Of a stretch of 64,000 nt of DNA, positions 37,958 through 47,662 are shown in pieces. Position 1 is the first letter of the stretch. Every line of letters starts with the position of its first letter. Source of the stretch: an uncultured Candidatus Saccharibacteria bacterium (GTDB taxonomy: Bacteria > Patescibacteriota > Minisyncoccia > Phycocordibacterales > UBA9973); NCBI GenBank assembly GCA_964498035.1, contig CAZCFW010000001.1, positions 57,286-121,285 of the forward strand. The letters are read 5' to 3'. Made by a program: the position numbers and the translations under genes. Below the pieces are notes generated by a model that saw only the letters and a program-made list of their open reading frames with translations, had not been told where the DNA came from and did no database searches.

Positions 37958-38566
37958 TTAACGACTATAGAACTCAAGCACAGTTGGTAGATCAAGATAC
38001 CCTTCAGTATTCTTCATCTTACCTTGAACGACTCCTGATAAAGTTGCGACATTAAATGTTAGCCAGTTTGGAATTGTGTAGTCTTTCTGCTTCTTTTCCA
38101 TATCTGTAAATAATGCACTCTTCTTACTTCCTTCACGCACAGCGATTACATCACCGACGCGAACTCTTTGTGAAGCAATAGTAGTCTTCTTGCCGTTTAC
38201 TGTAATGTGACCGTGAGATACCATTTGGCGAGATAGGCGGCGTGTGTGTGCTAGTCCGAGGCGGTATACTACGTTATCAAGTCTTGATTCTAGTAGTTCA
38301 AATAAGTAGTCAGCTGCTATTACACCTTTGTGATCCACAGCTTCGTTGATGTAGTTACCAAATTGCTTTTCAGATAATCCATAAGTAAAACGAACCTTTT
38401 GCTTCTCAATGAACTGAGCAGCATAACCAGAAAGAGCCTTAGGGCGCTTATCTTTCTTGCCTTTATCATGACGAGCTACAGATGCGACGAATTTAGGTGT
38501 TTGACATTTCTCAAACACTCCAGGACCTAATCTTCGGCAAATTTTATATTTTTGTGCTGTTTTCAT
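37958..38566 (-). CDS. rpsD: 30S ribosomal protein uS4
   Basis: EKQKVRFTYG, LESRLDNVVYRLG, LEFYSR motifs. Confidence 0.97.
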   Translation of the reverse strand: MKTAQKYKICRRLGPGVFEKCQTPKFVASVARHDKGKKDKRPKALSGYAAQFIEKQKVRFTYGLSEKQFGNYINEAVDHKGVIAADYLFELLESRLDNVVYRLGLAHTRRLSRQMVSHGHITVNGKKTTIASQRVRVGDVIAVREGSKKSALFTDMEKKQKDYTIPNWLTFNVATLSGVVQGKMKNTEGYLDLPTVLEFYSR

Positions 38567-38571
38567 ATGTT

Positions 38572-39018
38572 TTATACTCTTCGTGGCTTCTTAGGTTTTG
38601 GACCATTGTGTGGTACAGGTGTAATATCTCTAATTCCAGAAATCTCAATATCAAATGCCATAAAAGATCTTATAGTTGGCTCACGTCCTGAACCTACTCC
38701 CTTAACTACAACATCAACTTCTTTGATTCCTAGGGCCTTAGCTTTTTCACCAAGGACTGATCCAACCTTTGATGCTGCGAAAGGAGTTCCCTTCTTTGCA
38801 CCTTTAAAGCCAAGTGATCCAGCTGATGATGAGAATAAAGTATTACCTTGTTTATCAGTAACAACAGATTTAGTATTGTTGAAAGTAGCTTCAATGTGAA
38901 GAGTACCAGCGACCACCTTCTTCTTTGGTGATTTACCAGATGTTTTCACTACTGGTGCTTCTACTGCTCCTTCTACCTTTTCTTCTTCCTTTTTAGTTGT
39001 AACTTTTTTTGTTGGCAT
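38572..39018 (-). CDS. rpsK: 30S ribosomal protein uS11
   Basis: ATFNNT, GFKGAKKGTPFAA, DITPVPHNG motifs. Confidence 0.97.
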   Translation of the reverse strand: MPTKKVTTKKEEEKVEGAVEAPVVKTSGKSPKKKVVAGTLHIEATFNNTKSVVTDKQGNTLFSSSAGSLGFKGAKKGTPFAASKVGSVLGEKAKALGIKEVDVVVKGVGSGREPTIRSFMAFDIEISGIRDITPVPHNGPKPKKPRRV

Positions 39019-39032
39019 AATATTATTTAAAA

Positions 39033-39413
39033 TTATTTCTTAGCTTCCTTTCGGCGACCGGATGCCATTGTCTTTCTAACATTTCCACGAACTGTACGAG
39101 AATTTGTCTTTGTTCTTTGGCCGTTTACTGGGAGCTTTCTCATGTGACGGATACCACGGTAAGCCTTCACATCTTTCAAACGCTTTATGTTTGCAGAAAT
39201 CTCACGCTTAAGGTTACCTTCAATACTAAAACCTTCGATGATCTTTCTGATAGCATTTTCTTCATCTACAGTAAGAGTGTCGCCTTTTGTTCTTGGGTCA
39301 ATCTTTACTTCTTTCAAAACCTTACGGGCACGAGATAGACCAATACCATAAAGCGCTGTGAGCGCAATATCTAAATGCTTATCATTAGGAATGTTTATAC
39401 CGAGTATTCTCAT
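39033..39413 (-). CDS. rpsM: 30S ribosomal protein uS13
   Basis: RILGINIP, YGIG, YRGIRH..LPVNGQRTKTN motifs. Confidence 0.97.
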   Translation of the reverse strand: MRILGINIPNDKHLDIALTALYGIGLSRARKVLKEVKIDPRTKGDTLTVDEENAIRKIIEGFSIEGNLKREISANIKRLKDVKAYRGIRHMRKLPVNGQRTKTNSRTVRGNVRKTMASGRRKEAKK

Positions 39414-39416
39414 ATA

Positions 39417-39527
39417 TTATTGCTTTTGCTTGTGCTTAGGGTTCTCACAAATAACAAGAACATGGCCAGCTCTTTTGACCATTTTACATTTCGCACAAAT
39501 TTTTTTAACTGCTGATTTAATTTTCAT
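39417..39527 (-). CDS. rpmJ: 50S ribosomal protein bL36 (zinc-ribbon form)
   Basis: Below the ORF-track cut-off. Manual translation: [36 protein letters not shown]; lies between infA and rpsM. Confidence 0.95.
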   Translation of the reverse strand: MKIKSAVKKICAKCKMVKRAGHVLVICENPKHKQKQ

Positions 39528-39656
39528 TGGTAATAAAATAACGTATAAAATAACGAAATAAAATAAAGGGTTTTAACCCTGTATTAACTTCGGGATATAT
39601 GGGACCATAATACACTATATCTTTATTTAATGCAAGTCCTCATATGTGGAAGCAAA

Positions 39657-39872
39657 TTACACACGCTTAATGATACGACCCTTACCACCGTATGGGTCGA
39701 TAAGCACCTCTACTCTGTCTCCCACGAGCACCTTGATTCTGTGCATGCGCATCTTGCCAGAAAGATAAGCGATGATTAGTTTATCATCACCTAAGTCTAC
39801 TCGAAAAAGAGTATTTGGGAGCGCTTCTGTAACTGTCGCCATTAAAGTATTATTTTCGTTTTGCTGATTCAT
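39657..39872 (-). CDS. infA: Translation initiation factor IF-1
   Basis: EALPNTLFRV, AYLSGKMR, GDRV, GRII motifs. Confidence 0.95.
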   Translation of the reverse strand: MNQQNENNTLMATVTEALPNTLFRVDLGDDKLIIAYLSGKMRMHRIKVLVGDRVEVLIDPYGGKGRIIKRV

Positions 39873-39921
39873 GAATTTAGTCTTTATATAATACTAAATT
39901 TTTAGTATATAGTCAATAATT

Positions 39922-41295
39922 CTATTCTAAAGTAATTGATATATGATTCACATCTGTCGGCACACTTGCCTGCCATGGTGGGCGGAATATTGCACGTGCG
40001 CGAGACACACCAGGATCTGTAGTATATATTTCATCAAGATTTTCTTTTGATACCCCAGAGAGTCTACCTTTCAGAGTTTCAATTAATGGGCTCCAAAGTA
40101 GAGTATCTTTACCACTCAAAGAAAATTTAAATGAGTTAATTGTTTTAGAAATTACTGTCGTATCGTCCACATATTCAAAAATAAGATTCTTCATATTTGG
40201 TGAATTTACTTCAGATAATTCTAAGTCCTTAACTTCTGGGTACACATTTCTAATTATAGCTTCTCGTAATTCACTTTCCTTAAATATCGGTGCTGAAAGA
40301 GTGCCTTGCAACGACACGAAGCCTTCTTTTGTTTTTGATTGAAATGCACTGTCGGTAAGAGTTTTATTATATTGCATACCTCCTGTGTATACTATATATC
40401 CAGGTGGTACTTGAGCTTGAAACTTCTTGAGTAATTTATTGTACAGTGCTGTACTACCCTCGACTGTTGCCTTGCCTTTCCCTTCAGCTGAAAGCACATA
40501 GAAATTACCAACTTCTCCGCCCGTAAGTGGAGTACTTGAGCGTGCATATATCTTTGTACTCTTAGTAGTACCAGCATAGCCAACAATAGTGAAATCTCTA
40601 GGACTGCCATTATATAACGGTCCAGGCATAGATGCTGTGACATCAACTTCCACACTGCCAGGAACAATCTTTGATCCTGTACCAGTAAAGCCCGGTATAG
40701 TGATTTCTTTATCAGTGTAATAAATCTGCTTCTTATCATCAGAAATTCTTGTATTTATAGATAATTTTTGAGGTTTCGAGCTAAACTTATTGTAAAACAC
40801 TACCTTACCTTTTGCCTTAGTGGAAATTTCTTTCATTTCTGTAAACACTGCTTCATTCTTGTCTTCACCATCCACAATCATAATCTCAAAATGTAGTGGT
40901 GCATTTATTTCTTTACTTGCTGTAAAGGATTCCTTTTCAAAAGTATAATCCATAGTCTTTGGAGTAATGTATATTTGAACATATGAAAAATATTTATTCA
41001 CCAGAAGAATTGCACCGCCTAGTATAGCAAGTACAAGGAATATTAGAGTAAAAATCTTTTTTGAAGAAGAGTTATGCTTTACTTCTATAAATTTCCCTAC
41101 TGGTTCATATTCATCCTCCTCAACTTCTCTGATTTTAGGTTCTGATCTTCTTAGTAAATTCTTAAACTCATCCACTTTCTCTGGCTGTACTGCCACATTT
41201 TCCTCATTATTTACATCAGAAATCTCCGCGGGTATAGGTTTAATCCTCCTCGGTCTATCTGTGGGTACTATATCCTGAACTATTCTTGGGCTCAT
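39922..41295 (-). CDS. Single-TM protein with baseplate-J-like extracytoplasmic region
   Basis: Charged N-terminal tail, one TM helix, KAKGKVVFYN...ITIPG...VEVDVTASMPGPLYN...TGG pattern; start overlaps the upstream stop. Confidence 0.6.
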   Translation of the reverse strand: MSPRIVQDIVPTDRPRRIKPIPAEISDVNNEENVAVQPEKVDEFKNLLRRSEPKIREVEEDEYEPVGKFIEVKHNSSSKKIFTLIFLVLAILGGAILLVNKYFSYVQIYITPKTMDYTFEKESFTASKEINAPLHFEIMIVDGEDKNEAVFTEMKEISTKAKGKVVFYNKFSSKPQKLSINTRISDDKKQIYYTDKEITIPGFTGTGSKIVPGSVEVDVTASMPGPLYNGSPRDFTIVGYAGTTKSTKIYARSSTPLTGGEVGNFYVLSAEGKGKATVEGSTALYNKLLKKFQAQVPPGYIVYTGGMQYNKTLTDSAFQSKTKEGFVSLQGTLSAPIFKESELREAIIRNVYPEVKDLELSEVNSPNMKNLIFEYVDDTTVISKTINSFKFSLSGKDTLLWSPLIETLKGRLSGVSKENLDEIYTTDPGVSRARAIFRPPWQASVPTDVNHISITLE

Positions 41296-42491
41296 ATATT
41301 TGATTCCGCTTGATAAGCACGACTAACTGCTATAGCTTCTATCATTAAAAATGGATCACATCCACCGCTATTTATTTTACAAATATCTAAAAAGAGTTGC
41401 CCACCTAATGTTGTAACAGTAAACTTTTTTCGTTCAGCATTATCCCCGATTTGTATACCTTCAGCTATAACTTCACGAAACCACAACCCAGTATCTATAT
41501 CTGTGATTAGGAAAATCATTTGTGGTATTGCAATAGTCTTTGGAAGTAATGCGAGAGATTTCTCAAACATTTTACTCCAAGATTTTTGAACTTGCTCAAC
41601 TGTTTCTGTCATTTCTTTCTTCGACTTATCATTTAGCATATTGTTTGTATGAAGAGAAATCATCGAGCGTGCTTGTCCCTCTGGCATTCCAAATTCTTTA
41701 AATGCTCTTATGATCCCATGCTTTCCCACAGGGAATGACACTGCAGAAATCAGCACATTTGAAGTTACAATGGAAATGTCTGTGAGCTCTCCACGAATGT
41801 CTATAAGGAAATATGCATCGTTATCACCAAATCTTTCTTGAGCACCTGCAAAAATTGATGATAGAAATGTCGTAAATGTAACTGGTACATGGTGAAATAC
41901 TCTTTCTAAGCCTTCTCTTATACGAGCAAGGCAAATTTCTGGACTAATACCAACAAATAAATACAAATCTAAACTTTTTGCATATTTATCTAGTGGATTG
42001 TCGACTAAATATCCGTTTAACCTACTTTGGAAAATTTTACTCTCAACTAATGTAGAGCTACCATCAACTTCTTCGTATTTTTTCTTATAATTTTCAGAAA
42101 GGTTTTTCAATTCATCATTTACTAATCCATCTACCACGCTCCTACTCACAAGGAAAGGCTCAACTTTCTCAAGATGAAGTTTACGAGTTTCGCCCACATA
42201 CCATGGTGAAGCAAGCACACAGATGATCTCTTCCGGTGCACCAACTTTCATATTATATATTTGAGTTGCAGAAGAAAATAAAGACTTTTGCATATCGACG
42301 AAAAATGTTTCAAAATCTAGACTATCTTGAAATGTAATATCGATGCGAGACTGTGCGATTATTATAGGCTCAGGTTGACTGCCATTTACAGAAGGGAAAA
42401 TCTTTACAATTGCACCAGCTACACTACCAGAACCAATATCAAATATTGCAACTATCTTTTCCTTATTTTTACTTCTACTAAAAAATCCCAT
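41292..42491 (-). CDS. FtsA/PilM-like actin-fold protein
   Basis: AIFDIGSGSV (phosphate 1), IDIRGELTDI (phosphate 2), SFPVG. Confidence 0.65.
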   Translation of the reverse strand: MGFFSRSKNKEKIVAIFDIGSGSVAGAIVKIFPSVNGSQPEPIIIAQSRIDITFQDSLDFETFFVDMQKSLFSSATQIYNMKVGAPEEIICVLASPWYVGETRKLHLEKVEPFLVSRSVVDGLVNDELKNLSENYKKKYEEVDGSSTLVESKIFQSRLNGYLVDNPLDKYAKSLDLYLFVGISPEICLARIREGLERVFHHVPVTFTTFLSSIFAGAQERFGDNDAYFLIDIRGELTDISIVTSNVLISAVSFPVGKHGIIRAFKEFGMPEGQARSMISLHTNNMLNDKSKKEMTETVEQVQKSWSKMFEKSLALLPKTIAIPQMIFLITDIDTGLWFREVIAEGIQIGDNAERKKFTVTTLGGQLFLDICKINSGGCDPFLMIEAIAVSRAYQAESNI

Positions 42492-42505
42492 ATTGATTTA
42501 TTATA

Positions 42506-42600
42506 CTACAGACTAGGTTCTAGTAGCTAGTGACTAGGTACTAGCTTTAAGAATTTTATTTTGTTTTTCTAGAAACTAGAACCTAACTACTAGAAACTAA
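42506..42600. repeat. Two arrays of CTA-initiated heptamer tandem repeats
   Basis: ctacaga ctaggtt ctagtag ctagtga ctaggta ctagctt (42506-42547) and ctagaaa ctagaac ctaacta ctagaaa (42569-42596). Confidence 0.75.
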
Positions 42601-44342
42601 TCCAAGATTGCCTTTATTCGGCGGATGCCGGCAGCGACTGCTTCTTCTTTTTGAATTTTAAAATGCCCGAGCTCTTTTGTGTTTGTGATATGCGGTCCTC
42701 CGCAGAATTCTTTTGAGAATTGATTACCACTTTCATCTTCCACAAAGTATACGGACACAGTTTCAGGATACTTTGCGCCGAATTCCATTTGAGCACCAAT
42801 CTTCTCAGCTTCAGCAAGCGGCATCTCACGGCGAATTACATTAAGTCCTGCATTTATCTTCTCATTTACTAGGTCTTCCACTTTCTTTTTCTCCTCGTCA
42901 GTAAGCTTATGGTCGCACATGAAGTCGATACGGAGTCTTTCCTCAGTAATATTACTTCCTCTTTGCTTTATATCAGGGCTCACCACTTGCTGGAGTGCTG
43001 CTAGGAGCAGATGGTGCGCAGTATGAAGGCGAATTGTCTTCTCGTTGTGATTTGCAAGTCCACCTTTAAACATTCCTGCAGAAGAAGTTTGTGAAAGTTT
43101 CTGATGCTCTGCCATTTTTGTATTAAAATCTTCTAGATTAACTTCTATTCCCTTTTCCTTAGCAATTTCAAGAGTAAGCTCTATTGGGAAACCGTATGTA
43201 GTAGCAAGTACAAATGGATCTGTACCTTTTTCAAACTCTTTTAGGCCATTCGTGAGCGTTTGGCGGAATTTCGACTCTTCATTTGAGATTTCTTTTTTAA
43301 TTTGCTCACTATTTGTAAGTAATTCAGAATAGACTTCTTTATACTGCTCAATAATAATGTCTACAATTTCAGAAAGTGCCTCATTCTTAAATCCAAGAGT
43401 ATCTGCGAACCTTACTGCACGTCGAAGTAATCTGCGAAGGATATATCCGCGTCCTGTGTTTCCAGGAATTGCACCGTCTGCCATAATAAATACACTTGTA
43501 CGAATATGATCCGCAACAATTCTTTTTGCTTTTGTATTATCTACGGTTGAGTGTTCATTTATTTTGGAAATAATATTGGAAAACAAGTCAGTATCAAAAA
43601 TGTTATTTTTTCCTTGCACTGCCATTACGACACGCTCAAGTCCTGAACCGGTGTCCACATTCTGCTGAGATAATTTTCCTATAACTTTCCCATCCTTTTT
43701 TACATACTGCATAAAAACGTCGTTCCAAATTTCCACGACTTGCTGTGCCTCGTCGGCATTCATGTATTCTTCCTTTGTGAGGTCACCAAGTCCTTCTGTT
43801 GTGACATCGTAAAACATTTCCGTGTCAGGTCCGCATGGGCCATTGTCTCCCACACTCCACCAGTTTGACTTTGCACCCATAAAATAAATTCTATTTTCAG
43901 GAATATACTTTTTCCAAATTTCAAATGCTTCTGTGTCCTTCGGAGAATTTTCATCACCCTCAAAAACCGTAATATATAGTTTTTTTGGATCAAGTCCTAA
44001 ACCTTCCTCTTTAGAAGTAAGGAATTCATAGCTCCATGCTATAGCTTCATCTTTAAAATAGTCACCGAGAGACCAGTTACCCATCATTTCGAAAAATGTA
44101 TCATGAGTATTGTCACCAACTTCGTCTATGTCTTGAGTACGAACGCATTTCTGCACGTTTACTAACTTCGTGCCTAATGGATGCTTCTCTCCCATAAGGT
44201 ACGGCACAAGAGGCTGCATTCCAGCTGTGTTGAAAAGCACAGAAGGATCGTTCTCTGGCACAAGTGATGCTGAAGGGATTATTTTGTGGCCACGCTTCTC
44301 AAAAAAGGCGAGGAAACGTGAGCGAATTTCATTTGATTGCAT
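42597..44342 (-). CDS. alaS: Alanine--tRNA ligase (short form, no C-Ala domain)
   Basis: LFNTAGMQ, HDTFFEMMGNWS, GPCGPDTE, DTGSGLER, HTAHH, CGGPH, GIRRIKA motifs; 581 aa. Confidence 0.96.
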   Translation of the reverse strand: MQSNEIRSRFLAFFEKRGHKIIPSASLVPENDPSVLFNTAGMQPLVPYLMGEKHPLGTKLVNVQKCVRTQDIDEVGDNTHDTFFEMMGNWSLGDYFKDEAIAWSYEFLTSKEEGLGLDPKKLYITVFEGDENSPKDTEAFEIWKKYIPENRIYFMGAKSNWWSVGDNGPCGPDTEMFYDVTTEGLGDLTKEEYMNADEAQQVVEIWNDVFMQYVKKDGKVIGKLSQQNVDTGSGLERVVMAVQGKNNIFDTDLFSNIISKINEHSTVDNTKAKRIVADHIRTSVFIMADGAIPGNTGRGYILRRLLRRAVRFADTLGFKNEALSEIVDIIIEQYKEVYSELLTNSEQIKKEISNEESKFRQTLTNGLKEFEKGTDPFVLATTYGFPIELTLEIAKEKGIEVNLEDFNTKMAEHQKLSQTSSAGMFKGGLANHNEKTIRLHTAHHLLLAALQQVVSPDIKQRGSNITEERLRIDFMCDHKLTDEEKKKVEDLVNEKINAGLNVIRREMPLAEAEKIGAQMEFGAKYPETVSVYFVEDESGNQFSKEFCGGPHITNTKELGHFKIQKEEAVAAGIRRIKAILD

Positions 44343-44405
44343 TTTTATACTATAGCAAATAATAGCCTAAATTAAAATCACCCCAGAGTGGAGTGATTTT
44401 AATTT

Positions 44406-44897
44406 CTATTGGCCGATATCCTGAGAATTCTGAGGCAAGTCGTTTACAAATTTTGACTTTCGGAGCTTTTCCTCTAAAAACCAGAGAACAATGAAAATAA
44501 AGAGTGTGAGCACAGTAGCAACCAGAGCTAAACTATATAGACCGAAACCACAAGCCATACCAATACCTGCCGAGACCCAAAGGCCTGTTGCAGTAGTGAG
44601 ACCCATAAGCTTATTTTCCTTTGTAAAAATTAAGCCCGTGCCGATAAACCCAATTCCCACGATTATTTGAGCAACTATCATAGTAGGATTGAGTCCTGGT
44701 AGTCCTATATACATCTTCACAACCTCCTCAGAAATAAGCACAAAGAGTGCTGAGCCCATAGCCACAAGCGCATAAGTACGCATACCAGCTGTCTTGTGTG
44801 CCCACACACGCTCCATACCAATAATCATTCCTAAAATAAGCGCGACTCCGAGGTGAGTAAGAATATCTAGATTCATAGGGTTTAAAATATTTTGCAT
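44406..44897 (-). CDS. MgtC/SapB family membrane protein
   Basis: IGMER..AGMRTYALV, AQIIVGIGFIG, GLTTATGLW motifs. Confidence 0.9.
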   Translation of the reverse strand: MQNILNPMNLDILTHLGVALILGMIIGMERVWAHKTAGMRTYALVAMGSALFVLISEEVVKMYIGLPGLNPTMIVAQIIVGIGFIGTGLIFTKENKLMGLTTATGLWVSAGIGMACGFGLYSLALVATVLTLFIFIVLWFLEEKLRKSKFVNDLPQNSQDIGQ

Positions 44898-45029
44898 ATT
44901 TATATAATATCAAATTTTAATATTATATGTAATAGAATATGTTGATAACAAAAGACTACTTTAATGTTAAGCCTTAAGTTGACAGATTATAGATTCTAGA
45001 GTATTGTGAAGAAAAATATAAAAATAAAT

Positions 45030-45851
45030 ATGACACTTACCACTTCCACAAGTGTGGACAATCTAGCCTTTATCCCCATTGATGAATTGCGTAGTTTCAT
45101 AGATGACGCAATCAACACCGTTAAGATCCACCCAAACACTGAGTGGATATTCAAAAATGTAATATTTGAAAATTTGGTTGGAGATTATAAGATAATCCCG
45201 GAGTATCGAATGCTTCGAGCTGCAATTGTGATTTTTACTGAGAGTATTTTTTCATGTTATGCACATTCAAAAATGCTTGAAGAACTCTTTCACACAAAAG
45301 AAGTGTACAATGCACTACGATTTGGTGATCACTTGCCATACATAAATGCATTACAAATTCTAAACACTGATTCTTTACTAAAGGAAAAATCTCATATTCT
45401 GATCAAGAATATTGTAGATTTCCAAATAGAAAATGCAGAGTTAATGGAGATCTTTAATCCTAAAATTGATTTCCCTAATCATAGTCAAAATCTTCCCGTC
45501 CAAATCCGAGATAAATTTGTGGATTTATTACTTAAAATAATTTCAGAAGAGAGTTGCAAATACTATTCTTCTAAAATTTATCCTAATGGATTCAGTGTTG
45601 AGGAGATTGTATCCCCATGGAGGAAAAGAGAAGTTGCGCAGTGTAGATACGTATTTATTTTTATATTCCGTAATGAATATAAAAAACTTTCGCAAACTGA
45701 AATTGGCAAACCAGTAGGTGGGAAAGATCATTCTACTGTATCTCATGCTATTGCTATGCATAATGAGTTGTTTGTATGTGATGAGACTTACAAATCATTT
45801 TACATAGCAGTTATCTCAAAAATAAAACTAATCACGCAAAAAATTGCGTGA
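45030..45851 (+). CDS. Protein with a C-terminal DnaA domain-IV-like HTH and no AAA+ domain
   Basis: RKREVAQCRY..LSQTEIGKPVGGKDHSTVSHA matches the DnaA signature. TTGACA(44979)-17-TATTGT overlaps GTG 45006, which favours ATG 45030 as the start. Confidence 0.72.
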   Translation: MTLTTSTSVDNLAFIPIDELRSFIDDAINTVKIHPNTEWIFKNVIFENLVGDYKIIPEYRMLRAAIVIFTESIFSCYAHSKMLEELFHTKEVYNALRFGDHLPYINALQILNTDSLLKEKSHILIKNIVDFQIENAELMEIFNPKIDFPNHSQNLPVQIRDKFVDLLLKIISEESCKYYSSKIYPNGFSVEEIVSPWRKREVAQCRYVFIFIFRNEYKKLSQTEIGKPVGGKDHSTVSHAIAMHNELFVCDETYKSFYIAVISKIKLITQKIA

Positions 45852-45856
45852 TTTTT

Positions 45857-46933
45857 TTATACTACCCCTCCTCCTATGCAAATATCTTTATCATAAATTA
45901 CTACTGATTGCCCAGAGGTAAGAGCAGAATCAGGATTCTCAAATTTAATTTTTATTTCATCTCCATTAACTTCAATTATTTCAATTTTAAGAATTTCACC
46001 ATGGTAGCGAACCTGCGCAGAATATTTCTCTCCAATTTTGATATCTCCACGAATTACAGTATTCTTAAGTGTCATAAATTCATTATTTTTTTTATTTAAA
46101 TCTTTATCGTGTGACACAATCAGAGTATTGTTGTTTATATCTTTAGCCACGATGTAGTAAGGCGTATCATTTGGAGTAGTCTTTGTGATAGTAAATCCGT
46201 GTCTCTCTCCAAGAGTGTAGAGCAAGACGCCATCATGAGTGCCTATAACTTCCCCATTCTCAGTTACCACATTTCCACTACGCACATTTATATAATGCTT
46301 AAGAAAATCCTTCATATCAAGAGGGCCTAGGAAGCACACACCCTGCGAATCCTTCTTCGTCGCTGTAGGTAAATTATATTTTTCTGCCAGTTTTCTAACT
46401 TCACTCTTCTTCATGTGGCCAATAGGAAAAAGTGTATGAGAAAGATCTTCTTCTGTAAGAGTCCAAAGGAAATACGATTGGTCTTTTGCTATATCAGAAG
46501 AGCGCGCAAGAAAAGACTGTAACGAAGCCTCCGCAGGCGCATTCACAGCATAATGCCCAGTTGCAATAAAGTCTGCGCCATGCTCTTTTGCGAATTTCCA
46601 AAATACTCCGAATTTCACTTCGCGATTGCACATTACGTCAGGATTTGGAGTGCGTCCTTCTTTGTATTCATTGATCATATAATCCGCCACGCCACGTTTA
46701 TAGGCATCTTCTGCGTCGCATTCGAGGAATGGCACATCGAGTGCTGCACACACCCTCATAGCATCACGGCGTTCATCCTTCCATGTGCATTCAATAAAGT
46801 CTGGAGTCCAAGTACGAATAAACACACCGACCACATTGTAGCCAGCTTCTTTCAGGAGTGCGAGTGACACAGAGGAGTCTACGCCTCCGGACACTCCCAC
46901 AAATACAGTTTTGTTTATTATGTTCTTCTTCAC
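45857..46933 (-). CDS. mnmA: tRNA 2-thiouridylase MnmA
   Basis: SGGVDSS, TPNPDVMCN, ATGHYA, KDQSYFL, DSQGVCF motifs. Confidence 0.96.
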   Translation of the reverse strand: MKKNIINKTVFVGVSGGVDSSVSLALLKEAGYNVVGVFIRTWTPDFIECTWKDERRDAMRVCAALDVPFLECDAEDAYKRGVADYMINEYKEGRTPNPDVMCNREVKFGVFWKFAKEHGADFIATGHYAVNAPAEASLQSFLARSSDIAKDQSYFLWTLTEEDLSHTLFPIGHMKKSEVRKLAEKYNLPTATKKDSQGVCFLGPLDMKDFLKHYINVRSGNVVTENGEVIGTHDGVLLYTLGERHGFTITKTTPNDTPYYIVAKDINNNTLIVSHDKDLNKKNNEFMTLKNTVIRGDIKIGEKYSAQVRYHGEILKIEIIEVNGDEIKIKFENPDSALTSGQSVVIYDKDICIGGGVV

Positions 46934-46969
46934 TCTCTTAAAATACCTTAATTATGCTAATATGTCTAT

Positions 46970-47662
46970 ATGAAAAAGTTTTTAATTATTATATTCGTCA
47001 TTATATCCATCGGTGGAATATATTTCTTCCTAGAGAATAGTAAGGTTGCAAATTCTCCTACTCAACCAGAAATTGTAAAAGATATTCCGAAAGTAGTTGT
47101 AGAGAAAGTAAAAATTCAAACTCTTACGAAGGGCGAACAAATTCAAATTGATGCTGAAAAGAAATATCCAAATACTACACTTGATAACTGGATATATATC
47201 TCAGCGAGTGATGCTAAATTGTATTTAATAAAAGATAAGAAAATAATTAAATCTTACCCAATATCGATCGCAAAAAATGGATTAGGAAATGTAATGAATA
47301 GTAATAAAACTCCCACAGGACTTCATGAAATTAAAAAGATGATTGGCAAGGATTTGCCTATAAATACAATTATTAAAAGTGGAATATCTACAGGTAAGAT
47401 TGCTCAAGTAATAAGTGAGCCTATTTCTGTGAATACAGACCTAGTCACAACTAGAGTAATGTGGCTCTCGGGTCTTGAACCTGGAGTAAATAAAGGTGGA
47501 AAGGTAGATAGCTACAACCGCTTCATATACATCCACGGCACTCCAGAAGAAGGACTCATCGGCACTCCAGCGTCACATGGCTGTATCCGTATGTACAATA
47601 AAGATGTAATCGAACTTTTCAACCTCGTCCCTCTTGGTACAAAAGTTCTTATTGAAAAATAA
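46970..47662 (+). CDS. L,D-transpeptidase (YkuD family)
   Basis: N-terminal TM segment, KTPTG, IYIHGT...SHGCIRM. Confidence 0.92.
   Translation: MKKFLIIIFVIISIGGIYFFLENSKVANSPTQPEIVKDIPKVVVEKVKIQTLTKGEQIQIDAEKKYPNTTLDNWIYISASDAKLYLIKDKKIIKSYPISIAKNGLGNVMNSNKTPTGLHEIKKMIGKDLPINTIIKSGISTGKIAQVISEPISVNTDLVTTRVMWLSGLEPGVNKGGKVDSYNRFIYIHGTPEEGLIGTPASHGCIRMYNKDVIELFNLVPLGTKVLIEK

Noticed and set aside
39922-41295. Prophage or contractile injection system
   Set aside because: No other phage structural, sheath, tube, terminase or integrase genes; flanked by housekeeping loci.
42597-44342. alaS as a truncated pseudogene
   Set aside because: The frame is intact with catalytic and editing motifs (HTAHH, CGGPH); short AlaRS forms lacking C-Ala are known.
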